A stretch of 64,000 nt of DNA. Origin: Chloroflexota bacterium (GTDB lineage Bacteria; Chloroflexota; UBA5177). Numbering within the stretch: the stretch's first letter is position 1; each line of letters opens with the position of its first letter. Shown here piece by piece: positions 1 through 8,683 of this stretch. Below the pieces are notes generated by a model. It ran no database searches and was not told where the DNA came from. It was given only the letters and a program-made list of their open reading frames with translations. The position numbers and the translations under genes were made by a program. The stretch lies in contig DAIORV010000004.1 of NCBI GenBank assembly GCA_036752825.1, positions 2,580-66,579 of the forward strand, read 5' to 3'.

Positions 1-1338
1 CCTACTACTCTCGCCTCCGCTCAACACGTCCACCGTCTTGAAGACGTCATCGCCGGAGAATAGATAGCCTCCGAGCAGCGTCCGGGCCTCTTCCTCACTC
101 ATCGCCCTCGCTGACTGGATCTCCTCGATGACCGTTTTCCCCGGCGGCAGATCTGCGAGACTCTGCGAATAGTAAGCTCTCGAAACCTGCGCGCCCCAGC
201 GGATCGACCCCCCAAGTGGATGGAGATCGCCGATTATCGTCCTGAGAAGCGTCGTCTTGCCGGAGCCGTTGGGTCCCACCATGGCAATGCGGTCACCGCG
301 CTCCACAACGACCGTTTCCGGCAAGCGAACCAGTTCATTCCCCGGGTAACCTGCCACGAGCTTCTTCGCTTCGAGCACGATGTCACCGCTGCGCTTTGGC
401 CGACTGAGCTTCAGATTGAGCGACTGCTCGGCGCTCGGACGTTCGATCCGCTCCAAACGGTCTAGACGCTTCTGCCTGCCGCGGGCCTCCTTGTAGCGCT
501 GGCCGGCACCGTACCTTCGAATGAATTCTTCAGTCTTGGCGATGTGCTCTTGTTGGCCCTCGTACTCGCGTCTTTGCCGCTCCTCTCGCTCCGCTCGGAT
601 CTCCAGAAAGCGACTGTAAGGGGCCGGATAGCTCGTGGCACGGTGGGCAGACAGCTCTATTGTTCTGGTCGTTACGCGATCGAGAAGATATCGATCATGG
701 GCCACTATCAGGAAGGCCCGCTTGAGGTCGCGCAAATACGCTTCGAGCCACTCAACGGCCGGAATATCCAAATGATTCGTGGGTTCATCCAGCAGCAGGA
801 CGTCGGCATCCTGAAGCAAGGTTTGGGCGAGGTTCGCTCTCGTGCGTTGCCCTCCGCTCAGTGCGGAAATGGGACCGAGCCAGAGGTCTGCAGGCAGATC
901 CAGCCCTACGAGAGCTCGCTCGATCTGGTCGCGGTAGTCATACCCTACGTGCTCCACGAGTGCTTGTAGTCGGCCGTATTCCTCGAGCAGAGCTTGATTG
1001 GGCTTTTGGCTTGTGAGCTCCTTTTGCAGAGCCTGAAGCTGCTCTTGCGCCTCAATCGCCTCGGCAAACGGCGCCAGCATGGTGTCAAACAGGGCGGCGT
1101 CTTCATCAAACTCCGGTTCCTGTGCCAGGTAGCTTAGCTTCACGCCACGGGCTTGACTGACGTGCCCCGCATCCGCCTGTTCGATCCCAGCGACGATGCG
1201 CAAAAGAGTCGACTTTCCCGCGCCGTTGCTGCCGATGAGAGCGGCGTGGTCACCCCGTTCCAGATGAAACGAGACGTCGTCGAGCACCATCTCAGCCCCG
1301 AAGGACTTCCTTAGGTGTGACGCCTGAATGAGTGACAT
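1..1338 (-). CDS. ABC-F family ATP-binding cassette protein (two ABC domains, Uup/EttA-like). Partial: the 3' end runs off the window.
   Basis: Minus-strand translation starts MSLIQASHLRKSFGAEMVLDDVSF. Walker A GSNGAGKST, signature LSGGQ, and a second Walker A GPNGSGKTT are present. The + strand ORFs at 220-465 and 544-969 are antisense artefacts. Confidence 0.85.
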   Translation of the reverse strand, partial: MSLIQASHLRKSFGAEMVLDDVSFHLERGDHAALIGSNGAGKSTLLRIVAGIEQADAGHVSQARGVKLSYLAQEPEFDEDAALFDTMLAPFAEAIEAQEQLQALQKELTSQKPNQALLEEYGRLQALVEHVGYDYRDQIERALVGLDLPADLWLGPISALSGGQRTRANLAQTLLQDADVLLLDEPTNHLDIPAVEWLEAYLRDLKRAFLIVAHDRYLLDRVTTRTIELSAHRATSYPAPYSRFLEIRAEREERQRREYEGQQEHIAKTEEFIRRYGAGQRYKEARGRQKRLDRLERIERPSAEQSLNLKLSRPKRSGDIVLEAKKLVAGYPGNELVRLPETVVVERGDRIAMVGPNGSGKTTLLRTIIGDLHPLGGSIRWGAQVSRAYYSQSLADLPPGKTVIEEIQSARAMSEEEARTLLGGYLFSGDDVFKTVDVLSGGESSR

Positions 1339-1341
1339 GAG

Positions 1342-2169
1342 TCAGACTTTCTGGCAACGGGGACACATGTGGGTGCCGCGTCCGCCGACGACCAGCTTGA
1401 TGATAGCCGTGCCACAGCGAGGGCACGCTGCCCCCGTTCTTCCAAACACGCGCAACCGGTGCTGAAAGTCGCCTTCGCGTCCCTCATAATCCCGGTAGCT
1501 ACTGAAAGTCGTCCCGCGTCCGGCAATGGCCTCAGCTAGTACCGTCCGAATCGCGGCGTGCAATCGTTTGGTCTCGTGCGTCGACAGTGTATCGGCCCGG
1601 CGCTGCGGATGAATGCGAGCCAGATGGAGTGCTTCGTCTGCATAAATGTTTCCGAGTCCGGCCACGACAGATTGGTTGAGTAGCAAGGGCTTTAGAAGAG
1701 CAGTTCGCCGCGCAAGTGCCCGCCTCAATGTGGCTGCGTCGAATTCATCATCGAGGGGTTCGGGACCCATCCGCAGCCACGGCAGGGGGCGCTCGAGCCC
1801 CGATCTCTCCATCAGAAGAACGCTGCCAAATTTGCGCGGGTCATTGAAGCGCAGCTCTCGTCCGTCGTCTAGCCTGAAAAGCACTCGAATATGAGCCTCC
1901 TGCGGATCCGAGGAATTGCGCAGGAACAACGAGCCAGTCATGCCGCGGTGAATGATCAAGACATCCGCTCCGTCGAGCTGGAACGCGGCATACTTTCCGC
2001 GGCGCGAAATGGCGTTGACTGTACGCCCGACAACTCGATCGCGGAACTCCAGCGGATCAGGATATTTGACCTCCGCCGCAAACGGAAGATCCACACCCGT
2101 GATCCGCCGGCCCACCATCTGACCCTCGAGGTCGCGGACCATCGTCTCTACTTCAGGAAGCTCCGGCAT
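1342..2169 (-). CDS. mutM: Formamidopyrimidine-DNA glycosylase (Fpg/MutM)
   Basis: N-terminal MPELPEVET (catalytic Pro2/Glu3) and C-terminal zinc finger CPRCGTAI...CPRCQK. Start chosen at M28 of the listed ORF. The stop is 3 nt from the ABC-F start. Confidence 0.9.
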   Translation of the reverse strand: MPELPEVETMVRDLEGQMVGRRITGVDLPFAAEVKYPDPLEFRDRVVGRTVNAISRRGKYAAFQLDGADVLIIHRGMTGSLFLRNSSDPQEAHIRVLFRLDDGRELRFNDPRKFGSVLLMERSGLERPLPWLRMGPEPLDDEFDAATLRRALARRTALLKPLLLNQSVVAGLGNIYADEALHLARIHPQRRADTLSTHETKRLHAAIRTVLAEAIAGRGTTFSSYRDYEGREGDFQHRLRVFGRTGAACPRCGTAIIKLVVGGRGTHMCPRCQKV

Positions 2170-2269
2170 CGAGTGTATTTTACCAGCAGGTTGCCCGGCC
2201 ATCTCGCTTGTCAACTGGAAGCAGCGCAGTCTGGTATACTGAGCCAGCACAAATACACATGCGCGATAC

Positions 2270-2304
2270 AGCCCCGCCGCAAGTGGCGGGGCTTCGTTTT
2301 GTTC
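2270..2304 (+). terminator. Intrinsic-terminator-like hairpin: GCCCCGCC-gcaagt-GGCGGGGC followed by TTCGTTTTGTT
   Basis: 8-bp perfect GC stem plus a U-rich tract, seen directly in the sequence. It lies about 15 nt upstream of the DEAD-box helicase start, and a TATACT -10-like box lies about 35 nt upstream of it. Confidence 0.5.
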
Positions 2305-2317
2305 GGGAGAAACTCAT

Positions 2318-3610
2318 TTGAACAGCTCAATCCAGCCGGCCGGTCAGTCTGCAGACCAGACCTTCGGCCCGCTTCCGGTCGGCGACGACATCGCCCGTGC
2401 GCTTCATCGCATGGGTTACAGCCAGCCGACACCAATTCAGGAGCAGGCGATTCCGCCGCTCCGCAACGGCCTCGACGTCATGGGGCAGGCGCAGACCGGC
2501 ACCGGCAAGACCGCCGGGTTCGGCGTACCGATCGTCGAGATGATCGATTTGCGCGCTCGGCGCGTGCAGGCCATAGTCCTGGTGCCAACTCGGGAACTGT
2601 GTCTTCAGGTCGCTGAAGAGCTGTCCAGGCTTGGGTCTTTTGCCTCCGTGCGAGTGGTCGCAGTCCATGGCGGGGTCGGTTTCGGTAGGCAGCTGGACGC
2701 CCTCCGGCAGGGTGCCCAGATCGTGGTAGGCACCCCCGGACGCGTCGAGGATCTGATGGCTCGTGGGAACCTGCGCCTTGACGGTGTGCGCTTTGCGGTT
2801 CTCGACGAAGCCGATCGCATGCTCGATGTCGGTTTCTTGCCGGCCATCGAACGAATCCTTGGCCGCACGCCTTCAACTCGTCAGACCGCCCTCTTCTCTG
2901 CCACCATTCCTGACGAGGTTCGGCGGCTGGCAAGTCGCCACATGCACGAGCCGGTAACCATCGCCATCGAGAGCAAAAAGCCGACCGTAGAGGCGATCGA
3001 TCAACGATTCGAGGATGTACGCGATGGTGACAAGCTGAAAGCCCTCATCGCCCACCTCGACGACCCGAGCTGCTTCCTGGCCCTCGTCTTCCGCCGTACC
3101 ACCTATAAAGCGGACAGGCTGGCGCACGACCTCTCGAAACGAGGGTACAAGGTCGCCGCACTACACGGCCGCCGAACGCAGCCGCAACGCGAGAAGGTGC
3201 TGGCAGACCTGAAGAGCGCCAAGCTTCACGCTTTGATAGCCACCGACATTGCTGCCCGCGGCCTTGACATTGGCGGCTTGACGCACGTGTTCAATTTCGA
3301 TCTTCCGGACACCCCCGAAACCTACGTTCATCGCATTGGGAGAACTGGCCGGGCCGGCGAGGCGGGAACTGCCATTACGTTGATCGGTCCGGAAGACGCC
3401 GAGGGGCTGTCCACGTTGAAGAAGTATCTTGCTCGTCGAGAGGCGGGAGACCAGCGTGGCAGCGGCATCCAGGAAGGACGCGGAAAACCTCGTCGCAGTT
3501 CGCAGATCTCAGACAGATCTCGTTCCGGAAGCTTCCAGCCCTCACGTCCCAACCGCAATCGCAACAGGCGGCAGAGACCGTCGCAGCCCTTGCAGGCACG
3601 CTCCGCGTAG
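2318..3610 (+). CDS. DEAD-box ATP-dependent RNA helicase with an R/G/S-rich C-terminal tail
   Basis: Q-motif region, AQTGTGKT (motif I), VLDEADRML (DEAD), SAT, HRIGRTGRAG (motif VI). Confidence 0.9.
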   Translation: MNSSIQPAGQSADQTFGPLPVGDDIARALHRMGYSQPTPIQEQAIPPLRNGLDVMGQAQTGTGKTAGFGVPIVEMIDLRARRVQAIVLVPTRELCLQVAEELSRLGSFASVRVVAVHGGVGFGRQLDALRQGAQIVVGTPGRVEDLMARGNLRLDGVRFAVLDEADRMLDVGFLPAIERILGRTPSTRQTALFSATIPDEVRRLASRHMHEPVTIAIESKKPTVEAIDQRFEDVRDGDKLKALIAHLDDPSCFLALVFRRTTYKADRLAHDLSKRGYKVAALHGRRTQPQREKVLADLKSAKLHALIATDIAARGLDIGGLTHVFNFDLPDTPETYVHRIGRTGRAGEAGTAITLIGPEDAEGLSTLKKYLARREAGDQRGSGIQEGRGKPRRSSQISDRSRSGSFQPSRPNRNRNRRQRPSQPLQARSA

Positions 3611-3668
3611 CGGCCGCTTCGGCGTTGCTACAATCAGCGCAATCCAAATCCGTCACGGCAGGCAATCC

Positions 3669-4331
3669 ATGGAAGTCCTTGTTATCGAAGACGACGACGC
3701 AATCAGTGATTTGTTGCGCCGAGGACTGACATACGAAGGCTACTCCGTGTCCGTGGCTCAGGACGGAGTCTCCGGACTTCGCATGGCTCGGGATGCCCCG
3801 CCGGATCTCGTCGTCCTCGATCTCATGCTCCCGGGTCTCGATGGCTTGGAGGTATGCAAGCGCCTCCGGGCAGCCGACGACGTACCAATTCTCGTGCTGA
3901 CCGCCCGCGGGACGGTTTCTGACCGCATCGCCGGCCTGGACAGCGGCGCCGACGACTACATGGTCAAGCCCTTTTCAATCGACGAGCTGCTCGCGCGCGT
4001 GCGCGCCCTCCTCCGCAGAAAGGCCGCTCCTGACGAGCCCGAGCTCCGTTTCACAGACGTCGTCATGGACACTAAGTCGCACGAGGTTCGCCGAAGCGGA
4101 AAACTCATCCACCTGACTGCCAAGCAATATGAGCTCCTGCAGTTTTTCCTGCGGCACCCTCGTCAGGTGCTGTCCCCGGAAACCATCTACCAGCACGTAT
4201 GGGGCAGCACCTACGATTCCAATGTGGTCCAAGTCTTCATACGAAATCTCCGGCAAGCGCTGAGCGAGCCAAATGTCATCCACACGATCCGTGGCGCCGG
4301 ATACATCCTCCGCGAGCCCGACGCCTCCTGA
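3669..4331 (+). CDS. OmpR/PhoB-family response regulator (receiver + winged-helix). No cognate histidine kinase nearby.
   Basis: MEVLVIEDDD...DLVVLDLMLPGLDG...YMVKPF, and a C-terminal trans_reg_C domain (LTAKQYELLQFFL...GAGY). Start is at M81 of the listed ORF; a TGcTACAAT extended -10 lies about 40 nt upstream. Confidence 0.85.
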   Translation: MEVLVIEDDDAISDLLRRGLTYEGYSVSVAQDGVSGLRMARDAPPDLVVLDLMLPGLDGLEVCKRLRAADDVPILVLTARGTVSDRIAGLDSGADDYMVKPFSIDELLARVRALLRRKAAPDEPELRFTDVVMDTKSHEVRRSGKLIHLTAKQYELLQFFLRHPRQVLSPETIYQHVWGSTYDSNVVQVFIRNLRQALSEPNVIHTIRGAGYILREPDAS

Positions 4332-5169
4332 GGGAGACGCCGAAGCCCAGCGAGCCGAGCAGCGCGAGCAGTGGGCCGAGGCCGCAGCGTTGTGGACAGG
4401 CTTCAGTCCGTCTAGCCGTCCAATAACCGATCGGCTCATTCAGCTCGTGCATCTTGGCCCTGGGGACGCGGTTCTCGACCTTGCCTGCGGAACGGGGATG
4501 CCCGCGCTGGTGGAAGCTGAGATAGTCGGCCCCACCGGCCGTGTGCTTGGACTGGATCTCGCACCGGAAATGCTACACGTGGCTCGCGATCAGGCCCACG
4601 AGAGGTCTCTTCAAAATGTCGAATTTCGCGTCATTTCAAACGAGGCGGAGCTGTCTCTGCCGGAAGGCGAGTTCGATGCCGCCACCTGCAAACACGGTCT
4701 TATGTGGATGCCGAACCCGCTCGGGGCGGCGACGGCGCTTCGCCGGGCGCTCCGCGTCGGAGGGCGCATCGCTGTATCGAGCTGGATGCCTCCACGTGGC
4801 CATCCGCTGCTCTCAGTTGTCCCGGACCTGCTGGACCAGCATTTCGGGCACCGTAGAGCGCTGGATCCCGGACAGCCGAAAGAGTTCGCATCCGAGGAAT
4901 CGCTCGTCGCCCTACTGCTGGGCGCAGGGTTCTCCGATGTGACGTCTGAGGCCATCGCTATCGGATGGGAATTAGCCGCATCGTGCGTTGAATATGTCGA
5001 GGACGAGATGGCCGACGAGGAGTTCCTCGAAGCCACAAAAGGCGCGTCTCGCGAAATTCTGGAAAAGCTTCGCCACGAGGCGATCGAGCGCGTCCGCTCT
5101 AGCGCCGGCGAAGGGCCACCCCTTCTTGATTTGCGGGTTCTAATCGCCTCAGGGCGCAAGCTCGGCTAG
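4273..5169 (+). CDS. Class I SAM-dependent methyltransferase
   Basis: Motif I VLDLACGTGMP. The listed start overlaps the regulator by 58 nt, so the true start may be downstream. Confidence 0.7.
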   Translation: MSSTRSVAPDTSSASPTPPEGDAEAQRAEQREQWAEAAALWTGFSPSSRPITDRLIQLVHLGPGDAVLDLACGTGMPALVEAEIVGPTGRVLGLDLAPEMLHVARDQAHERSLQNVEFRVISNEAELSLPEGEFDAATCKHGLMWMPNPLGAATALRRALRVGGRIAVSSWMPPRGHPLLSVVPDLLDQHFGHRRALDPGQPKEFASEESLVALLLGAGFSDVTSEAIAIGWELAASCVEYVEDEMADEEFLEATKGASREILEKLRHEAIERVRSSAGEGPPLLDLRVLIASGRKLG

Positions 5170-5627
5170 GTCGCAATCTCCACGACAAGGTCGATCTCGA
5201 CTGCGGCATTGCGCGGCAGCTCTGAAACTCCAACCGCACATCTGGTGTGCTGTCCGCGCTCGCCGAAGAGCTCAACCAGGAGATCTGAAGCGCCGTTGAC
5301 CACGGTCGGTTGATCCGTGAAGCCGTCTGCGCTGTTCACGTATCCGTTCACCCTTACTATCTGGCGGACCTGGTCAAGGTCTCCAGCCACTGAGGCCACG
5401 GCTGCCAGGGCATTTAGGCATGCCATCCGAGCCGCCTTAACTCCATCTTCCTGTGAAAGATCCAACCCGACCTGTCCCCGGAATTTGAGCTCTCCCGACT
5501 CGGAGGGGATCTGTCCGGAAGTGAAGACCAGATTGCCGGTGCGGACGGCCGGAACGTAGCTTGCCAAGGGCTTCGCCACTGCAGGCAGTACCAATCCCTT
5601 TGATCTCAGCACCTCTTCAACTGACAT
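5166..5627 (-). CDS. RidA/YjgF/TdcF-family protein
   Basis: [11 protein letters not shown]...RVNGYV...[12 protein letters not shown]-like YjgF signature. Start chosen at M16 (MSVEEV); the listed ORF starts at 5672. Confidence 0.75.
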   Translation of the reverse strand: MSVEEVLRSKGLVLPAVAKPLASYVPAVRTGNLVFTSGQIPSESGELKFRGQVGLDLSQEDGVKAARMACLNALAAVASVAGDLDQVRQIVRVNGYVNSADGFTDQPTVVNGASDLLVELFGERGQHTRCAVGVSELPRNAAVEIDLVVEIAT

Positions 5628-5738
5628 AAGCGATACTCCTGCGTCCCCATCCTTTCCCATTCTATGAGTCACACCGTGGCCGGTGGCCTCGCATCATAGA
5701 ATGGAGAGCGGGTGCGCGAGCGCGACGGGGAGGGCCAC

Positions 5739-6194
5739 ATGAGCGAGAAATATCGAACCACCGCCTTCTTCAATGGCGTCAGTACCTTCAAGAGTGCCTT
5801 CCCCGACCTGCAAGATGCCCTCATCGAGTGGCGTGAAAGGCGCGATCCTGAAGACGAAAAAGCCGGCGAGCCGCGCAAGACCGGGTTCCGGAGGGGGAAT
5901 TTCACCCAAGGGGTAGTGCCCTGCTCTAATCCTGACTGCCACGAGGGTGGATACGAGATAGACAGATTGGTCGCATACATGCTCGCGAACGAAGAGTCGG
6001 CGCGAGAAGGCATGATGCTCTGTTCGGGTCACGAGGTCGGGGAAGAGGCGAAGCGCGGACCCGTGCGCTGCCCTCACCGGATCGAGTACAGAGCGACGCT
6101 GATTCCTCGGACGGAGGAGGATGTTCCCCGACAGAAGCCCAGCCACCGACGGGGTAGGTATCGTCCTCGACGCCGGGAGCACGCTTCTCCCTAA
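5739..6194 (+). CDS. Hypothetical Cys/His-rich protein (~151 aa; CSNPDCHEGG...LCSGHE...RCPH)
   Basis: GC3-rich ORF with a strong RBS GGGGAGG 5 nt before the ATG. No recognisable family. The minus-strand ORF covering the same region translates GFEPAT, which is antisense to the tRNA-like T-arm. Confidence 0.45.
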   Translation: MSEKYRTTAFFNGVSTFKSAFPDLQDALIEWRERRDPEDEKAGEPRKTGFRRGNFTQGVVPCSNPDCHEGGYEIDRLVAYMLANEESAREGMMLCSGHEVGEEAKRGPVRCPHRIEYRATLIPRTEEDVPRQKPSHRRGRYRPRRREHASP

Positions 6195-6207
6195 TAACCT
6201 GCAGGTC

Positions 6208-6235
6208 GCAGGTTCGAATCCTGCTAGGCCCACCA
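6208..6235 (+). other. Orphan tRNA 3' fragment (T-arm GCAGG-TTCGAAT-CCTGC + acceptor 3' strand TAGGCCC + A + CCA) with no 5' half
   Basis: Canonical GGTTCGAATCC T-loop followed by CCA, but no complementary 5' acceptor strand (GGGCCUA) within 400 nt upstream. Confidence 0.6.
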
Positions 6236-6370
6236 AGATCCGCTCGATATCGGCGTAGACATCGCCCAAGACGCGTTGTACAATCCTCCACATAGTGCGG
6301 TCTCATGAGAGAGTGGAGCGTTTCGTTCCGATCCGCCTGGCGATCATCTGCAACGGGCTGAGGAAACGAA

Positions 6371-6808
6371 ATGGAACGAGCGCGATATGGTGTCCGCGAC
6401 GAAATTCGAGAGACCGCGGAGAAGTTTTACCGCGCCATCTCCAACAAGAACCTGAAGGCCGTTGAGTCAATTTGGGCGCACGAAGCGTACGCGGCGGTAG
6501 CCGGTCGTTCCGGGCAAATTCGCCTCGGGTGGCCGGCCGTGCAGAGCTACTGGGACTTGCGCTTCCGCCAGCTCGAGGACACACACGTTCAGGCTAGACT
6601 GCGCAACTCTGTTTGCCATGCCGTCGGTGACGTTGGATGGCTCTCAGGCACAGAAATCAGAACGGTAACGAACGGAGACGAGAAGCGCCAAGAAGAACTG
6701 CGCATGACCTGTGTGCTCGAGCGCAGGGCCTCCGGTTGGCAGATTGTGTCCTACCATGCCTCAGAGCCCGCCGAGAATCTAGGGGCCGAGCTGGCTCCAG
6801 CCTCTTGA
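6371..6808 (+). CDS. NTF2-like (SnoaL/DUF4440-like) protein
   Basis: Small alpha+beta fold pattern (YRAISNKNLKAVESIW...W..V.Y). RBS GAGGAAACGAA before the ATG. Confidence 0.55.
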   Translation: MERARYGVRDEIRETAEKFYRAISNKNLKAVESIWAHEAYAAVAGRSGQIRLGWPAVQSYWDLRFRQLEDTHVQARLRNSVCHAVGDVGWLSGTEIRTVTNGDEKRQEELRMTCVLERRASGWQIVSYHASEPAENLGAELAPAS

Positions 6809-6834
6809 TCGGCTTCTCTTAGGATTGATACAAT
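6805..6834 (+). promoter_or_regulatory. sigma70-like promoter TTGATC-18-TGaTACAAT for rplU-rpmA
   Basis: -35/-10 hexamers with an extended TG, about 70 nt upstream of the rplU ATG. Confidence 0.5.
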
Positions 6835-6905
6835 GGCCGTGGCGGCCTCTCGGGGCCGCTACTTGTTGGTGCGCATCGCGCCGAGACCAGTTAAAGGAAT
6901 GTTTC

Positions 6906-7223
6906 ATGCCATTCGCCGTAGTCCAGACGGGCGGAAAACAGCACCGCGTCGAGCCCGGACAGATCATCGAGGTCGAAAAGCTAGCGGCGGATGAGGGTGC
7001 GACGATCGAGCTGACCGAGGTCTTGCTCGTGTCGGACGACGCTGGAATCCGCCAAGGAAACCCGTGGGTTGAGGGAACCAAAGTTGTCGCAACGGTCCTC
7101 AAACAAACCCGCGCCCGCAAGATCATCGTCTTCAAGTACAAACCGAAGACGCGCTATCGAAAAAAGAGCGGTCACCGTCAGTGGATTACCCGAGTTCAAG
7201 TGCAGGACATCGTCACAGCTTAG
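6906..7223 (+). CDS. rplU: 50S ribosomal protein L21
   Basis: [26 protein letters not shown]...[21 protein letters not shown]. Confidence 0.95.
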   Translation: MPFAVVQTGGKQHRVEPGQIIEVEKLAADEGATIELTEVLLVSDDAGIRQGNPWVEGTKVVATVLKQTRARKIIVFKYKPKTRYRKKSGHRQWITRVQVQDIVTA

Positions 7224-7238
7224 ATTGGGGAAGGCCTA

Positions 7239-7493
7239 ATGGCACATAAAAAGGGCGTAGGTAGCTCGAAAAACGGTCGTGACAGCGAGTCGAAACGTCT
7301 CGGCGTCAAAGTGCAGGACGGAACCTTTATCCGAGCCGGTGGCATCATTGTTCGCCAGCGAGGCACGCAGAAGGTCCCCGGCCTGAACGTTGGGTTAGGC
7401 AACGACCACACAATTTACGCTAGCATCGACGGCACGGTTCGGTTCGACACCCGTGACGGCAGAACCCGCGTCAACGTCGCGCCCCTCGCCTAG
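7239..7493 (+). CDS. rpmA: 50S ribosomal protein L27
   Basis: [24 protein letters not shown]...IIVRQRGT. Confidence 0.95.
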   Translation: MAHKKGVGSSKNGRDSESKRLGVKVQDGTFIRAGGIIVRQRGTQKVPGLNVGLGNDHTIYASIDGTVRFDTRDGRTRVNVAPLA

Positions 7494-7505
7494 CGCTTCA
7501 CCTTT

Positions 7506-7581
<76 letters not shown>

Positions 7582-7589
7582 GACATAAT

Positions 7590-7996
7590 TCAGGCCAGGC
7601 GAGGGCGCTCGGCGTATGCTTGTTTGTTCGGGACTGTCCCCCTGGAGGCCGCCCACGTAGAGGCTTGTCGACTCATCGAGTCCTTGACGACGTCACGCTC
7701 TTGCTCGAGGGCGGCAGAGCCGTATTCCGGCTTGCCTGACGGCTGGTAGATGTGGGCGACGACCCCAAGGCTGGTGGTCTTATTGTCGATGAGTTCAAGA
7801 GCGGTTGGGGTGGCCCCGTCGCCGAAAAGGCGCTTGCCGTTGCTCAAGACGACCGGGTGGATGAGCAGGCGGTACTCGTCGATTAGGTCGTGTTTCATGA
7901 GCGTCCCCATGAGTGTCGCGCTGCCATGTACCTGGAGCTCGTTGCCGGGCCGGTCCCTCAGCAGCCTATGCCTGCCGGTTTCGTCGTGTCCCGAGA
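7590..7996 (-). pseudogene. RibD C-terminal domain / dihydrofolate-reductase-like protein; N-terminal part missing or frameshifted
   Basis: The C-terminal half matches the RibD_C pattern (ELQVHGSATLMGTLMKHDLIDEYRLLIHPVVLSNGKRLFGDG...LELID). The in-frame upstream ~50 codons are Arg-rich nonsense overlapping the PadR gene by 150 nt. Confidence 0.4.
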
Positions 7997-8668
7997 TCAG
8001 TCCTTCACGTGTCTGGTCTCGCCAGCCTCTGTTTTGTCGTCCTTGACCGCTCGACGAGCGCGTGCGATCGTTTCTGCGATCACTTCGGATTCGTAGGTGG
8101 CTTGGCGTGGGTCGTCTGGCCAGGTTTCGACGATGGTGGCCGCCCATCGTGCCCAGTTCAGGACAAGTAAGTAGAAGTCGGTGATAAACCTGCTTGTGAG
8201 CTGAAGTTCGGGTAGTCGCTCGGGGAAGAGGCCTTCTCCTTCGGCGTAGCGCTCGCCGACGGGGAGGCTCTCAGCGCACCGGGCCCGCGCCCAGCCTTGG
8301 GCGGCTAGCAGAGTGGCGAGGGTGTCGGCTTTCGTGCCGTTCTCGGAGAAAAACACCTTGAGGAGCTGTTCGAACTCGATAACTGGTCCCTCGCCAGGGT
8401 GTTGCAGCCAAGTGGCCAGCGCCCGGCGGCCCTTGGCGGTGATGGTGTAGACGGTGCGGGTGCGTTGTCCATTCTGTTCGGTGGATGCGCGGGCGAGTCC
8501 GTGGTCGACGAGCTTCTTCGGTTCCTCGTAGAGCTTGCTGACAGCGCGGGGCCAGATCCGTCCGAGGGAGCGGTCCATCTGCTGGGTGAGCTCGTAGCTG
8601 CTCCAGGGCTTGATAGACAGTAGCCCCAGCACGGCGTAGGAGGTGGTGGTCGGCGAGCCTCTTGACAT
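7997..8668 (-). CDS. PadR-family transcriptional regulator (with C-terminal extension domain)
   Basis: Winged-helix YAVLGLLSIKPWSSYELTQQM...RIWP...YEEPKKL. Confidence 0.8.
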   Translation of the reverse strand: MSRGSPTTTSYAVLGLLSIKPWSSYELTQQMDRSLGRIWPRAVSKLYEEPKKLVDHGLARASTEQNGQRTRTVYTITAKGRRALATWLQHPGEGPVIEFEQLLKVFFSENGTKADTLATLLAAQGWARARCAESLPVGERYAEGEGLFPERLPELQLTSRFITDFYLLVLNWARWAATIVETWPDDPRQATYESEVIAETIARARRAVKDDKTEAGETRHVKD

Positions 8669-8683
8669 GATACTCCCTTTGGA

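Noticed and set aside
220-969. Plus-strand ORFs 220-465 and 544-969
   Set aside because: They are antisense to a clear ABC-F ATPase gene on the minus strand, which has Walker A, signature and Walker B motifs in order. This is a typical high-GC shadow ORF.
3429-3668. N-terminal 80-codon extension of the response-regulator ORF
   Set aside because: It overlaps the helicase C-terminus and is Arg/Ser-rich nonsense. The receiver domain starts at the internal MEVLVIEDDD, which has a promoter-like TGcTACAAT upstream.
5860-6235. tmRNA (ssrA) ending in the tRNA-like T-arm/ACCA at about 6208-6235
   Set aside because: The acceptor 3' strand TAGGCCC gives C70, not the universal G3:U70 alanine identity pair. 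No GGGG... 5' partner strand exists upstream. No tag-peptide reading frame ending ...ALAA-stop precedes it. It is better explained as an orphan tRNA 3' fragment.
5694-6306. Minus-strand ORFs 5694-6293 and 5926-6306
   Set aside because: The translation contains GFEPAT, the hallmark of reading a tRNA T-arm in antisense. Both overlap the better-supported + strand gene, which has a strong RBS.
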